Origin: Neoechinorhynchus agilis
Taxonomy: Eukaryota; Animalia; Acanthocephala
Direction: 5' to 3'
Assembly: GCA_051530055.1 (NCBI GenBank)
Contig: CM121342.1
Coordinates: 2,080,797 to 2,144,796 of the forward strand
Length of the DNA stretch: 64,000 nt
The notes beneath the pieces are model-generated. The model was not told the DNA's origin and did no database searches. It saw only the letters and a list, made by a program, of their open reading frames with translations. Every line of letters begins with the position of its first letter. The first letter of the stretch is position 1. The position numbers and the translations under genes are program-made. Below are positions 9,950-22,411 of the stretch, piece after piece.

Positions 9950-12130
9950 AAACTACTTCCGCTATCACCATTCTCCGAGTTGGGTCAACTAATTTACTTC
10001 CTAACTCGTCTTGAAGCTCACTTCGACAAAGTGTTCACCAATATCGAAGCCTACTCAACCGTCTGTAAACCCCTCCTCGCACGAACTCTGGCCACTCTGC
10101 CCTTATAGCTCCCTCCACCCCACTTCAGCGTTTAAAATCACCTCGTTTACCTGTCTGGGATAAGCGATATCATAATATCTAAAATTTTATTAAATGATTT
10201 AATACTATGATTCACACCATCCACTCTGACAACACAAATGACCCCTCCTTAGCCGTGTCCTCACTAAATTCAACCAAAAATTTTGTCTAACTTTAACAAT
10301 ACTCAAGAAATTCGTTAGAATATCCAACCATGACCCACCATGGATAATCCCCCACCTTGAAACTCCCTCAAAAGCAAGCATATAAGGAACATCGCAATAA
10401 CTTTCCAGACTTTGCCCGTTTATAAAAAAACACTAATATGCACAATTCTTGTTGCCCGAAAAAACTTCATTTCCGCTAAAATTCGTTCAGGTGGCAATTC
10501 AACATGGTGTTGGGCCGTCAAGAACTCTCTTCGTCTACGCAACCCTGACCCCCCTTCCTAAATTTGTTCTCTTCTGAACTGAAACATGTCTTAGAAACTA
10601 TCCATCAGGGCAGTGGTTCTAATGGATAGTTTCTAAGACATGTTTCAGTTCTCTTCTGAACTGAAACATGTCTTAGAAACTATCCATCAGAACCACTGCC
10701 CTGACTCAAATTGCAATCGTTGTTCCACATCGGACTCTATGCAATCTTTCACTTTCGCAGCTGAAACTTCTGTCAACTTTTCTGTACTCCCATTAGTTTC
10801 GTCATACGAAGTACTACAGTTTCTCAAGAAATTACCTATAAATTCATCCTCTCAATCCCAAATGCTCTTCGCTGCGTCATCCTTGAACTTCTCAACCCTC
10901 TTACCCACATTATAAACCACACCTTTTTATATGACATCAACACCGCATGTCTGAAACTGCTAAAGTTATACTTCTTCCGAAAAAGAACATCCTATTTCCA
11001 CCAAATCATTCCGTTCAATATCCATTCTACCCCCACTTTCAAAAATCACCAAAAAATGTTATAAATCTCTCCTTCTTTCACTTCTTAAAAACAAGTTATC
11101 ACCCCTGCAATTCGGCTTCCGGCCCAATTTTCCTGACACCGATACTTTACTCTGCATTTATGACACGCTCCAACGTAAGCCCACGTCACCCGCCCCATTT
11201 AACTTGATTTATCTAAAGCATTCGACTCCGTAGACCGCTAACTACTTTTTTTCAGGTCTGTTGCGAGTTGGTTCTAAACTGGTGGCAGATCCACTGACTG
11301 GATTCTTATCTTCATAATCGCAAACAATACATTCACTGTCGATCTACCTCCTCGATCATCAAATCCCTCTCCGAACGCGTGGTGCTGTTCTGCCACAACT
11401 TCTTTTTAATATTTTCTTAAACGACTTTAAGCATCTCTCCTTTCACTCTAAACTATTCTTGTATACCAACGATCTTGCCCTCATCACCCATTCACCACCC
11501 CACGTCTCCCTTTCCTTAACCTCTAACGAAATCATGCACATAAAAGATTTCTGCATCAATTACAAACTCCACCTAAATTTCTCTAAATGCTTCGAAATGA
11601 TCGCTTAATTGTCCCACAACCTCACATCCTCCCCCGAGCTTCTAAATGATATAATACGAGTCACTTCCCTCAGAATGCATTGATATCCAATTTCGCTTAA
11701 ACTTGAAATTAGACTCGCATATCATTCTCTCCTCCGAGCTCAAAATATTTAAAAAATTCCTCCTCAAAGGCCTCCGCCATTTAGGAGTACATCCACCCGA
11801 TCCCTTCAAAGTTTACTTCTGCTTTATTTTACCCTCCCTCATCTACGGCTATCCCGTATTTTGCAACCTTTCCTAATCTCAAATCCGTCGTCTTGAAATA
11901 TTTCATAAAAGAACATAAAAAATTTCCATAACTGACTTTCCCTCTCTCACCAAATACCTTATTACTATTTTCATAAAACCATCAAAACGCCTATCAACCC
12001 TACCGCCACAATTTTTATCGCATTTTATTCATCAATCCCAATTCTTTTCATCCTCCCTTGACCTCGTACCTCCCTATACCGACGCTCCTTTTTAAATACT
12101 GCTCAATCTACTTGGATATCACTACCGAAA
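9950..12130 (+). mobile_element. Decayed, 5'-truncated CR1/L2-like LINE ORF2 (APE end plus RT)
   Basis: LLPLSPFSELGQLIYFLTRLEAHFDKVFTNI is paralogous to 56537-56785. RPISIL-type, DLSKAFDSVD and Y(A)DDL-type remnants are present with many stops and frameshifts; pyrimidine-rich. Confidence 0.8.
10566..10704. repeat. Micro inverted triplication (forward-inverted-forward) inside the LINE
   Basis: 10566-10608 forward, 10605-10651 reverse complement, 10648-10704 forward. Junction microhomologies are TCAG and GTTC. Confidence 0.9.
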
Positions 12131-12537
12131 TGAACCCGAGGAAGACCTAACTTCGCAAGCGCTCCTGCAAACAATATCCGCGAATCCCCGCCCGAGCGGG
12201 CATCCCCCGACCGCATTTGTCATTCTCAGAAAATGTCGACCGCTTCGCCAGGAATAACGTGTTATTAACATAACCGCGTGTTAATGAGGACCCAAAGGTA
12301 CATGGATCTTATTTCTTAAACACAAAAATAATAAAATGTGTTATTATTGAAATATTCCATATTTAAAACGCCGCGATTTACTCAGAACCAAAAGAAGGCT
12401 TTCGGTTGGTTCATTAGAATATTGTCGAAAAAATTATTTGCACAAAAATGTACTTTGAACGATTTAAATATTGCGTTTCACAGAATCACCTTCAGAAACT
12501 AATAATCCGACTTTATTCTCTTGAGCGCTAACAATGT

Positions 12538-13668
12538 TTAGAAGCACTTTCTGTGGACAATCGAAGGTCCGCTTTCGTCGTATTCCTCTTTTGAAATCCA
12601 CATTGATTGGAACGTTGATAATGAAGCGAGAATAGATCCACCAATCCATACTGAGTATTTACGTTCAGGTGGGGCGATAATCTTAATCTTGATTGTGCTT
12701 GGTGCAAGGGCTGTCATTTCCTTTTGCATTCGATCGGCAATACCCGGGTACATGCTACTACCTCCCGAAAGGACGGTATTAGCATAAAGGTCTTTGCGAA
12801 TATCAATATCACAGCGCATTATTGAGTTAAAAGTAGTTTCATGAACTCCAAGGATTTCCATTCCTACAAACGAAGGTTGGAACAACGCTTCAGGGCAACG
12901 GAATCTCTCGTTTCCAATGCTGATCACTTGACCATCAGGAAGCTCGTAACTCTTTTCAATCGAGGATGAACTTGCGGCAATAGCCAATTCTTGCTCAAAG
13001 TCCAGCGCCACATAACACAGTTTCTCCTTGATATCTCTCACGATTTCCCGTTCTGCCGATGAGACAAAGGCATAACCGTGTTCCATCATGATTTTCATCA
13101 TGTACTCGGTCAATTCCCGTCCAGCGACGTCCAGACGGAGAATGGCATGAGGAAGGGCGTATCCTTCGTAGATAGGTACTGTATGAGTTACACCGTCCCC
13201 AGAGTCTAGAACGACTCCGGTTGTTCGCCCTGAGGCGTATAAAGAAAGGACGGCCTGAATGGCCACGTACATGGCTGGTGAATTGAAAGTTTCGAACATG
13301 ATTTGAGTCATCTTTTCTCTGTTCACTTTTGGATTCAATGGAGACTCAGTCTGAAGAGTAGGATGCTCTTCTGGAGCAACTCGGAGTTCATTGTAAAACG
13401 TATGATGCCATACTTTCTCCATATCATCCCAGTTTGTAATGATGCCATGCTCAACTGGATACTTTAGAGTCAATATTCCTCTCTTGCTCTGAGCTTCATC
13501 TCCAACATAAGAGTCCTTTTGCCCCATTCCGACCATCACTGCCTGGTATTTGGGCCGTCCAACGATTGAGGGAAACACGACACGAGGAGCATCGTCCCCG
13601 GCGAATCCGGCTTTGCACATACCCGATCCATTATCGATCACGACTGCTGCGACCTCGTCTTCTGCCAT
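12538..13668 (-). CDS. act: Actin, divergent intronless paralog (376 aa from ATG 13668)
   Basis: [24 protein letters not shown]...YPVEHG...DSGDGVTH...[29 protein letters not shown] lies ~20 nt downstream (12512-12517). Confidence 0.97.
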   Translation of the reverse strand: MAEDEVAAVVIDNGSGMCKAGFAGDDAPRVVFPSIVGRPKYQAVMVGMGQKDSYVGDEAQSKRGILTLKYPVEHGIITNWDDMEKVWHHTFYNELRVAPEEHPTLQTESPLNPKVNREKMTQIMFETFNSPAMYVAIQAVLSLYASGRTTGVVLDSGDGVTHTVPIYEGYALPHAILRLDVAGRELTEYMMKIMMEHGYAFVSSAEREIVRDIKEKLCYVALDFEQELAIAASSSSIEKSYELPDGQVISIGNERFRCPEALFQPSFVGMEILGVHETTFNSIMRCDIDIRKDLYANTVLSGGSSMYPGIADRMQKEMTALAPSTIKIKIIAPPERKYSVWIGGSILASLSTFQSMWISKEEYDESGPSIVHRKCF

Positions 13669-14076
13669 TGAATCAAATAATAACGCTTCGGTGTTGACTG
13701 GGAACATTGCTTGCTTTTATATGGCCTTTGTGCATAATTTGTGGCAAATCTCATGAAGAAGATTTTTCCTTATAAGGAAATCCGAGTTTCTCCGCTTCCA
13801 CACAGAGGAAAGATTTTCTATCTTTATCCTTTTTTTCGTATTTTTGTGCGTCTGGGCTACGAGGAATTTGACTTGCGTATAGCGAAATCTATTTTCTGAA
13901 CAGGAAAACACGAAGAAATGCGAGTAGTCGATAAGCGATCGATGGATTTGAAGGACACAAAGCATTCTACAGCCGATATTCAAGTGAGGAAAGGATGCTC
14001 ATCTTTTAGGTCGCACGCGCGCTCAATCGAATATCATGATGTAGACTGATTATAAAATGGAATCCATAATCAAAGA

Positions 14077-14895
14077 TTACTCTCTAAACGTTAAATGAAC
14101 CGGATTTTTGTCAATTTTGTTATCTTTAGATTCCACTGCTATTCGCAATTGGCAGAGATCTAATTTGGTATTGAGGCAATATTCCAATCGTTTTTTTGCC
14201 TTTACATGGAGTCTCCCCAAATTATTTGTGATCTCGATAAAAGGCAGAGTGGATGCGTTTGCGTGTTCTAGAGAACTGTTTATCATGCGAAATAGATCAA
14301 CTGAGAGGGCAGCTTGCATCTCCGCCAAAAATATTTTGTAAAGCCAATCACTTTGTGGATTGTGCATGATTCCACCGTAAACAACAAAGCAGTCCTTGTT
14401 CAACCATTCAATTTCTGCGTCTAAACGCTTAGCAGCCCAGTCCGCTCTCGTAGCCGCAGGGTAGATTTCATTGAGGTTATCATAGGAATCGCACTTCTTA
14501 GTGAATGACCGCAGCGACAGATTTTTGACACCATGCAAACTGCAAGTGTTTATATTCCAACCCCAAAGTCCATCACAATTTAACTCATTGGTCCCGCTTC
14601 GGTACTGCATCTTCCCACACTTTTTCAGCTATTCGAGAGGAATTCAGGAAACATGGTCCAGATAAGGGGTGTAAAAACCTCAACCTATCAGTTTGCGATG
14701 ATAAGTCCCGAGCTTCTCGATTATGCGTAGCCAAGCTCAATTTGTAACCCAATATCGAATCTTCTATGAATACTTTCAACAGCTCCACTACTGTTTCAAT
14801 CTTAGATATGGCAAACCAATGGTATGAAGCATCAGTCGGATAACTTCAGTTCGGCCTTCGAGAGCAAAGTAATAAAGGGTGTATTCAAGACACAT
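14077..14895 (-). pseudogene. Glutathione S-transferase-like gene remnant (broken, or spliced with short introns)
   Basis: ATG 14895 gives MCLEYTLYYFALEGRTEVIRLMLHTIGLPY, like the GST N-terminal YYF..RGR.E.IR motif, then stops at 14788. The downstream 177-aa ORF (ADWAAKRLDAEIEWLNKD...) loosely resembles the GST C-terminal helical domain. Confidence 0.42.
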
Positions 14896-15807
14896 CGCGC
14901 TTGATACTCGGTATTCTTTTTTGACTACGAACGAACTTTTGAGGTATGCTAAGACTCAATAGTTTTTAATTGCTCATTGAGGTGAGACTTTTGTTAGAAA
15001 AGCGTTGTATTGTCATGATGGAAAACTAGATCCTCACTTTATTTGTCGTTATTATGATCAGGACTAATTTTATTTACATTTCCCATTAGCGATTTCATCG
15101 ATTAATTTACAAAATTGGAAACGGAAGCAGCACACAGACATTACAACGACAATGATTTTCCAAATCGAAACAACCGCTAAAAACAGATCGGTTACTTAAT
15201 ATATGACTTTCTAAAGAACGTTTTCAAATTGAATGGCAATTGATAATCCGAAAAAGAAAAAATTAAAAACCAGCGGTAACACAAGCCAATATTTTAGAAT
15301 GTGGAACGAAACGTGATAATCGACATTATAATTTTAGTAAAATGCAAACGGAACACAGAATTATTTTCATGTCGAAATAACTGCAAAAAAGCGGCATATG
15401 ATGGTAAAATTTCAAGCGAAGATTTAAATATTCAAAAGACAATTGGTGGAGGAATATAACAGTAAAGGCTGCCCTCGAGATTTTTTTACCGCATTGCAAT
15501 AGTATTCTTCTTTGTTGTTCAGAATAAGATTTTAATTGTGATTTAAAGTGACCCGCGATTTAAACGTGCAAAAATATGTTTACAAAAATATCCATAAAAT
15601 CTATTTTCACTGGTTTTCAAAAGCACGCGCGCTAGGGAAAAGTAACAAGTTATTTGTTTACCAAATTTCGCTTGAAATCTGATATGGCCAATCCGGCTCA
15701 AGACGAGTCGTTTATTCACAAAGATACAATAATAGAGCGAAATGAGCAATCCAAAAGAAGTTAAGCAAACCATTTAAATTGTTGGGCAACCTGTGCTTGA
15801 TAGTCCA

Positions 15808-16618
15808 ATGATCAAGTTATTATCAGAGAGGCAAATAACGGAAACTTTTAAAGAGCTAGAAAAGGAGCTAATCACTAAATTTATTACAGATTTATAAACG
15901 GATCTTGTGAAGTGCAAGAAAGAGTTGGAAATATATCGGAATAAAGACGAAGTCTTAAAAGATGAAATAAATCAAATTAGACGAAATTTGCGTCAATATC
16001 GTACACTGATGGAACAACGCGTGGAGGAAAAAAAGCAAGTGTAAAAGTGAGACCCGCGAAACAAAATCTAAAGTTTCAGTGGTGTTATCAAAGCTTAAAA
16101 ATAAAATCGATGAAGTGGAAGCCGTAAATAATAACTTGAGGGAATCGCTCGAGAAGGAAAAAAATCAGATTCAGCAACTTGAAGTGGAAGTAGATGACTT
16201 GAACGTACATATTGATGAAGTTGAACGAATGTTGATTAGAAAAGATCGTCAGATTGATCTCTTAAATACTTGGATCAAGGAATTCGAAAAGACTTATACT
16301 TCGATGAAAGTTGCGTATCATGCGATTCAAACTGAAGATGGCCACCTATCAAGCATTATGGACCAGCCGCTTAAAGACCACGAGATGGAGATGGAATACA
16401 ACGAACGGTCGATAGTTGTACCGGTAACTCCCATTAAATGCAAGAGCTTCATCGAAAATGCCGTTCAATGGTTATTTCCTAGATCAAACAAACCATCATT
16501 CCAAACATATTATCGTGCTTGCAAACACCAATCAGCGAGATTCTGCCAAATGGTTCTCCTCAAGATACGCTCTATAATTCATAGAAACTCAGCTGCATTT
16601 CCTCTAATATTCCACTGA
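15808..16618 (+). pseudogene. Coiled-coil protein gene with an in-frame TAA (15895) and a frameshift in an A7 run (~16030)
   Basis: E/K/L-rich heptad sequence MIKLLSERQITETFKELEKEL...TDL*TDLVKCKKELE...VEEK, continuing in another frame into the 179-aa ORF 16079-16618. Confidence 0.5.
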
Positions 16619-16733
16619 TTCAAACTATCGAATTAACCCTGGACGAGTACCAACTTCTGCAAATGTATTTGATAATTGTGTTAAAGATTGTTTATTAAAA
16701 ATCTCGGAACCTGATTCTTGTCCAAAAACAACC

Positions 16734-17083
16734 AAAACTCCTTATGCGAGCAAACACAAACTTTTTGTTCAATTCGATAGTGGTACTAAAACGTGGGACG
16801 ATGTTGATTTCTTTTCTGCGACCCAGGAGTTGGTAGCGAAGCAGATCGCTAAATCAACCGATTATGTCTCGACGTGTATTGCAGAGTTAGTGGAAACGGA
16901 ATCCATTTCGCAAAACGATACTTCACTATTGGCATCGACAACGACCCAGCCGCCCTCGAATACGCCAAGCACAATTCTTTTATTTTTGAAACCGAAAAAA
17001 TAGTCGATTTTGGTCCTGCTGACTGCAATTATCCTACTTTCCATTCCCAATGCTTTGATCTGGTTTTTCTTAGCCCTCCTTGA
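16734..17083 (+). pseudogene. TGS1: Trimethylguanosine synthase (TGS1) pseudogene, 3'-truncated
   Basis: KHKLFVQFDSG...FFSATQELVAKQIA / (frameshift ~16865) LDVYCRVSGNGIHFA...IGIDNDPAALEYAKHN...DLVFLSPP* matches TGS1 RYRLFSRFD..WFSVTPEKIA..DAFCGVGGN.IQFA..IDIDP..ARNNA..DVVFLSPPWGG. The W of SPPW is TGA. Confidence 0.8.
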
Positions 17084-17109
17084 CGTGGACGCGGGTAATC
17101 GTCTCGAGG

Positions 17110-17505
17110 AAGACGTATGGATAAGCTGGCAAAATAAGATGAGACGGTGAAAACCTCTCTCGAGAAAATTTTATATACTCATCTGTCGGACGAGGCCTGG
17201 CGCCAAGCGTCCTTTCCTGTGTCGTCTGGCGGTTTCGGTATCTGAAAAGCAGCGGATATTTCTCTCCCAGCTTATTTGGGATCGTATGAAGCAAACCGCA
17301 TAATAATTCAGTCTTTTCTTGGCGAGAATTAAACTTTGGATGAAGATTTCGTGGAGGCTTTTAATCCATGGTGTGGAGATTCAGGCAGCGATCAAGTTTC
17401 CGTCAATGGTTGCAAACGACCAGTTAGGGACTAACCCCTGGTAGCGAGAATTCATAACTCTTTCATTTCAGATTCTCGTAACCTGGTAAATCGAATTCGA
17501 TTGGT
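17110..17505 (+). mobile_element. CRE-like non-LTR retrotransposon fragment
   Basis: LEKILYTHLSDEAWRQASFPVSSGGFGI*...LPAYLGS is paralogous to LSDEAWRQASLPVSSGGLGIR at 45037-45837. Confidence 0.8.
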
Positions 17506-18051
17506 GCCGCATAGTTTCTGGATTGCTGAAATTTCGAGCTAGCGTTTTAGCCCAAGCAGCGATCATACAAGAACGAATGAATTTTACGAGATTGTATATG
17601 TTTTCAAACCGTATCCCAAAAAATAGTTATACATAAATTGCGTTTATTATACAATTTGCTATTAAATTATGTAAAACAACATGTTCCACTCTAATTTTTA
17701 CCCGGACGAATCGCATCGAATGCATCCGCTATCGCATTCAGTTCTCTGCATGTATTTAAAGCATTCGTGAGATATTGATCTTCGAATAGTGACGAGTTTG
17801 GAGGTTTAGAATGTGTACCAATGGCTGTGATCTTTCTTTGAGGACGCGGAAATGGGTTTTTTTTCTCCTTTTGAAAGTGTGGAGTGGTTTTCCAATGAAG
17901 TTGTGTTTTGATCTTGATTTAACATACAATTGAATTTTTTTGGCAATATTGCAGTACTCTCAGGACCCAAAGATTGCCCGGGCAGGTCGGCGAGGTTCGA
18001 AAATGGCATATTCGTACCGACTGGATCGTCACCTCTTAGTTCATCTATTTC

Positions 18052-20584
18052 TCAGCTTCCTATTCTCCAATTTAAAAGACGGCGTATCATCCGTTCAAAT
18101 AGTCTGAGTCTATGTTTTGGACGATTATTTGTATCTTCAAAATCCTTTGTTTGGTTGCACATTTGGGACTTTAGTTCTTCTTGTGGTTGCTCCAAGACTG
18201 TCACCTTTCTTGTATAGCGGCCAAAATGATCTTCCAAATCTTTGTTCCTTTTCAGAAGCTTGTTTTTCTCAAGTTTGCTCTTCTTTAGCTCATCAATCAT
18301 TTGGCCATTTAACTTCTTCATCATTTCCCATTTCTCGTGCGCGTAAACCGAAACGTTTTCACGAAGTTCCGCCTTCAATTTGCTAATTTCACTTTCTTGC
18401 GTCTGAATAATTATTGAACGATTTTGATATTCGCTTAAAGCGCAATCAAACTTCCTTTGAATGGTTTCCACTTTTTCTAACAATTCCCCATTTTGCACAA
18501 GGAGATTTTCTAACTTCATGGAACTTTCTGCTAGTTTCGTCTTCTTCTCTCTTAATTCCTTATTAAGAGATTCGGATTTTGTTTTGAGATCACAGATCTC
18601 AGATTGAGCATTTCCCAAGCAACCCTGAAGTCTCAGATTTTCTTCTTTGCTTTCCATAAGTCGTGTATTTTCTTCTAAATTCCTCGACTGTTCCAAATGT
18701 TCGAGTTTTCCCATAATGTTTTGAAGTTTTAGTTCAAGTGATTGCTTATCAGTTTTCAATTTTATTTCCGTCTGTGAAAACTGTTCTACCCTTTTTGCGG
18801 CCATGTCTGTTTCTGCTCTCAATTTAGCTTCAACTTCTGCAATTCGCCGATCTCTCGATTTCCTTTCAATTTCATTTTGGTCGTTGATTTCCTTTAGTTG
18901 ATTTAATTTAGCCCTTAGGTCATTTATGAGTTGACCGTTAGCCTTGAATTCGGCAGCCATTTCTTCATTCTGCTTTATAACTTTTTCTAAATGTTTTTCC
19001 GTTTCCGATGAACCTTGTACTTTCGAATCAAATTCCTCATTTGCCAATTTAAGGGATCTCTCAAGATTAATTATTTTCCGCTGGCTTTCATCAATACGAC
19101 ATTGCATCTCCCGTTCCGTTTTTGACAAATTGATTTCCTTTTCTCGCTGAGCAGACGAAAGTTTCGTTTTTAAATCCCGATTTTCCTTCGTCATTTCCTC
19201 TAATTCTGAAGATAGCGTTCCACACTTCTTGTTTTTCTGCTCAATTTCATTTTCATTAATTTTCTGCCTTTTAGTCAGTACTGAAATTTTAGCATTAAGG
19301 TCATTGTTTTGATTTGATACCTCCTTCAGCCTGCGTTTGTTGTCAATCAAACGATTCTCTTTCTCATTCAAACTTTCTAAAATTTCCTTTTGGTATTCCT
19401 GCAATTTCATCACCTCCTCTTGCGCGTCTTCTGCAAACGATTTAAGCTCATTTTCTTTTTTCGATAAATCAGCATTCGTACTTTTCGCAAGTCTTAAATC
19501 CTCCTTCAAGTTAGCATTCTGTTTTGCTAACTCGGTAATCCTAATATTTTGGTCTGAACACTTTTTGTCCCTTTCCTCAAAATAGTTTTCTCGTTATCAT
19601 TCTCAGCCTTACAATTTGTGCGTTTAATTCATCGTTTTGCGCGGATATTTCTTTTAGGCTGCGATTCGTGTCCTCTAGCAGCATTTCCTTCTCACTTAGC
19701 TCCTCCTTCAGCATTTTGCATTGGGAATCAATATCTCGGATAGGGGACAAACGACTTTCTGTTTGAGGCTTTGTTTCTTGTTTTCGAAAATTATCTATAT
19801 TCACATTTTTATTGTTTGTACTCTTGGAAGCCCCTTCTATATGCTTACTCCAACCGAAAGGCTCGTCATCCGATTCATATTTTCCCAGCGGATCGCCTCC
19901 GTTTTCAATACATTGTGTGCCATTTAATAGGTCGGGACTTTTAATTGACTCTTTCTTGCCGTCGTTGCTTCCCTTGCCATTTGAATGCTCAGTTTCCTTT
20001 GTTTCTTTTGGTTTCTCTAGCTCAGTGGATTGACCATTTTCGCTGTTCTGAATAGCAACAATCAGATCCGACAAAGATGAGTAAGGGCAATTTTTATCGT
20101 ATGGGCTTTCGCCTTCACTAGCAAGGATATTGTTTATTGTTGTTTTCCGGTCTTTGTCTCCATCGAACAACAATGCTGACAAAAGACAAGTGAGTGTCGT
20201 TTGGTCGCTCTGGTTCAATCGTGTACACATTTGTAAAAAAAATTCACTTACAGAAGGCGTTGACAGTCCGTAACAGTAAAAGCTCAAAATCAAGGAAGCG
20301 CGCCCCAATAGTTCTAATGGTTTAATTGCCATCTTAAAGCGATTCTCTAACAACTTTTTCATTTCGCTTGGTTTTTTTCCAAGCATTAAAAAATCTACAG
20401 GTGGATTTTGTTCATTCACGGTGTTTTCAATTTGAGAACAAATGTCCTGCATTATTTTATACACAGCATTTGGGTCGTTAATAGAAATCCAAGTTCGGAT
20501 ATTGCGTCGTACCTTACATGTCGGAGATACGGAGGCAGCGATGAGGTTAGTTATCATAGTACGAATATTGGCGTTGAGACTCAT
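18052..20584 (-). pseudogene. Coiled-coil gene copy 1, split by an 8-nt deletion frameshift at ~19585
   Basis: ORFs 19577-20623 and 18052-19509 together match 40597-43173. acgagaaaac-tattttgag here versus acgagaaaaatagaaaacgattttgag in the intact copy. Confidence 0.9.
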
Positions 20585-21634
20585 TTCTAAAATTGAAGAA
20601 GGGGTTTTCCTATCAGGAATCAATATGTTGGAGCGGTTTGTATTGATAAAAATGAAGATACATTTTAAAATAAAGAATAATTAAAAATTCTCAGAAACAT
20701 ATGAGAAAGTAAACGATAGTGCCCTCAGCAGATTTAAAAGCTCGATCGCTGTTAGCGACAAATCGAATACAAAACAATTTTTAATTAATACCACAAAGCG
20801 GAGGATTTTATGAATTGTCAAATCACTTTTAACGTAAAAAATCATTTCAACGTTAGAAATCTATTCATAAAGGCATGATCCAAAAACTTTATAAATTTCA
20901 AATTCAAGCTACCGTCGACTTGCATTATGCGAATCTTGGATTCGTACGTGGCCTGGGATGACCGCGTGCATCCAGAAATGGTTTCTAAACTAATTCGCAT
21001 AAACTATTATTAGAAAACCGCTATTCAATAATGTTTTTAATTCCCCTTTACAATAAAGGATCCTTAAACCTTTTTTAACCTTCGTTTTCTTTATTGCATT
21101 AGGATAGCATTTTAAATGGCTTATTAAGTGCCGCGATTTTCAAAGTAGCGATTGGTATGTAGAGTCGAGAATCTCTCTTCTCCGCTAAAATGGAATTCAC
21201 TGACCAATTTCCTTGACTAGGATGAGCGGATTAGTAGGTTTTCAAAAAGATCGTACGTATGACTAATAATTTGAAAATTTATCCTCGGATCATTAAACCT
21301 AAAAAATCCCAGTAAATGTTGACAGAGAAAAAGAGATCAAGAATCCGAATACGTCCGTGACGTTCATTTATAGAATCGTTTCAAATTCTTAAATGAGAGC
21401 TTGATCGCCAAAATGGAGGTTTCTTGGCTTAGTAAGCAACTCGCTCGCTTGTATTGGAACACTACACGAATAGCAACACAACGAACAATAATCGAGCATT
21501 CGAGAGCTGAGGGGGATGATGTATTTCTCAAAAATTATTATTGATCATAGGTATTCCTTTGGGAAATCGTTCACCATCTAAAGATGATTGTCTTTAGCTA
21601 TGGTTTGGAAAACATGAATGCTTGCTTATCACTA

Positions 21635-21965
21635 GACGGTAGCTTCAATTCGAAATTTAGAAAAAAGTTTTTGGGTCATGCTTTTATGAATAGTTTTCTG
21701 ACGTTAAAATGATTTTCTACGTTAAAAGTAACTTGACAATTCATAAAATCCTTCGCTTTGTGGTACTAATTCAAAATATTTTTGTATTCGGTTTCTCGCT
21801 AACAGCAATTTGGCATTTAAATCTGCTCAGCGCACTGTGGTTTCTTTTAATATCAATAAAATTGAATCAGCGCAACCAAACGACACTTGCGTGTCTTTTT
21901 TTAGCACTGTTGTTTAATGGAGACAAAGACAGGAAAACCACAATTTACACTGTGCTTGCAAGTCA
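21635..21965 (+). pseudogene. 5' remnant of coiled-coil gene copy 3 (promoter plus a short N-terminal domain piece)
   Basis: LNQRNQTTLACLFLALLFNGDKDRKTTIYTVLAS versus LNQSDQTTLTCLLSALLFDGDKDRKTTINNILAS in the intact copy; upstream sequence is homologous to the copy 1/2 promoter. Confidence 0.75.
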
Positions 21966-22411
21966 ATTTTCTAAACGTTGCACTTTAAAAAAAAAGAATA
22001 TAGATTTTTTAAGAAAATGTGAAAATTATTTCGTTCAGCTTAAAGATATAAACTTTTTGAAATGAAAGAGTTGCTTTGAAATAGAAAGGTGCAATTTTGA
22101 TTTCGAGTAGAAGAGAAATAGGCTTTTGTTCGCCCATTCATTTTAAACTTTTTCTATTGTTGTTGATTGGATATGACATTTGTGGATATCCCAGCATTAG
22201 CTAACTGATCGACCAGATCACAAATCTATTGTATGAAATCAAGTGCCAAAATATTAGGATATTCTTCGAGCGATAAATAGGTAACATACCATTCGACTCA
22301 TCGGTTTTTATCGTTTGTTATTTTGCTCAATTCATATAATCAACAGTTTTCCATTTTTCCGTAATCCCGTTTTGTGAGAGATCTAAAGTTGAAGCATATT
22401 GCAAATATGTT

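Noticed and set aside
12464-13756. Short ORFs overlapping actin, and similar antisense ORFs over the coiled-coil, PIAS and LINE regions
   Set aside because: They are shadow frames of stronger genes or of low-complexity LINE DNA.
15895-15897. In-frame TAA/TAG codons in several broken genes suggesting stop-codon reassignment (TAR = Gln)
   Set aside because: Actin ends at its canonical position with TAA, and the Gln/Glu-rich 845-aa and 567-aa ORFs contain no internal TAA/TAG. The standard code fits.
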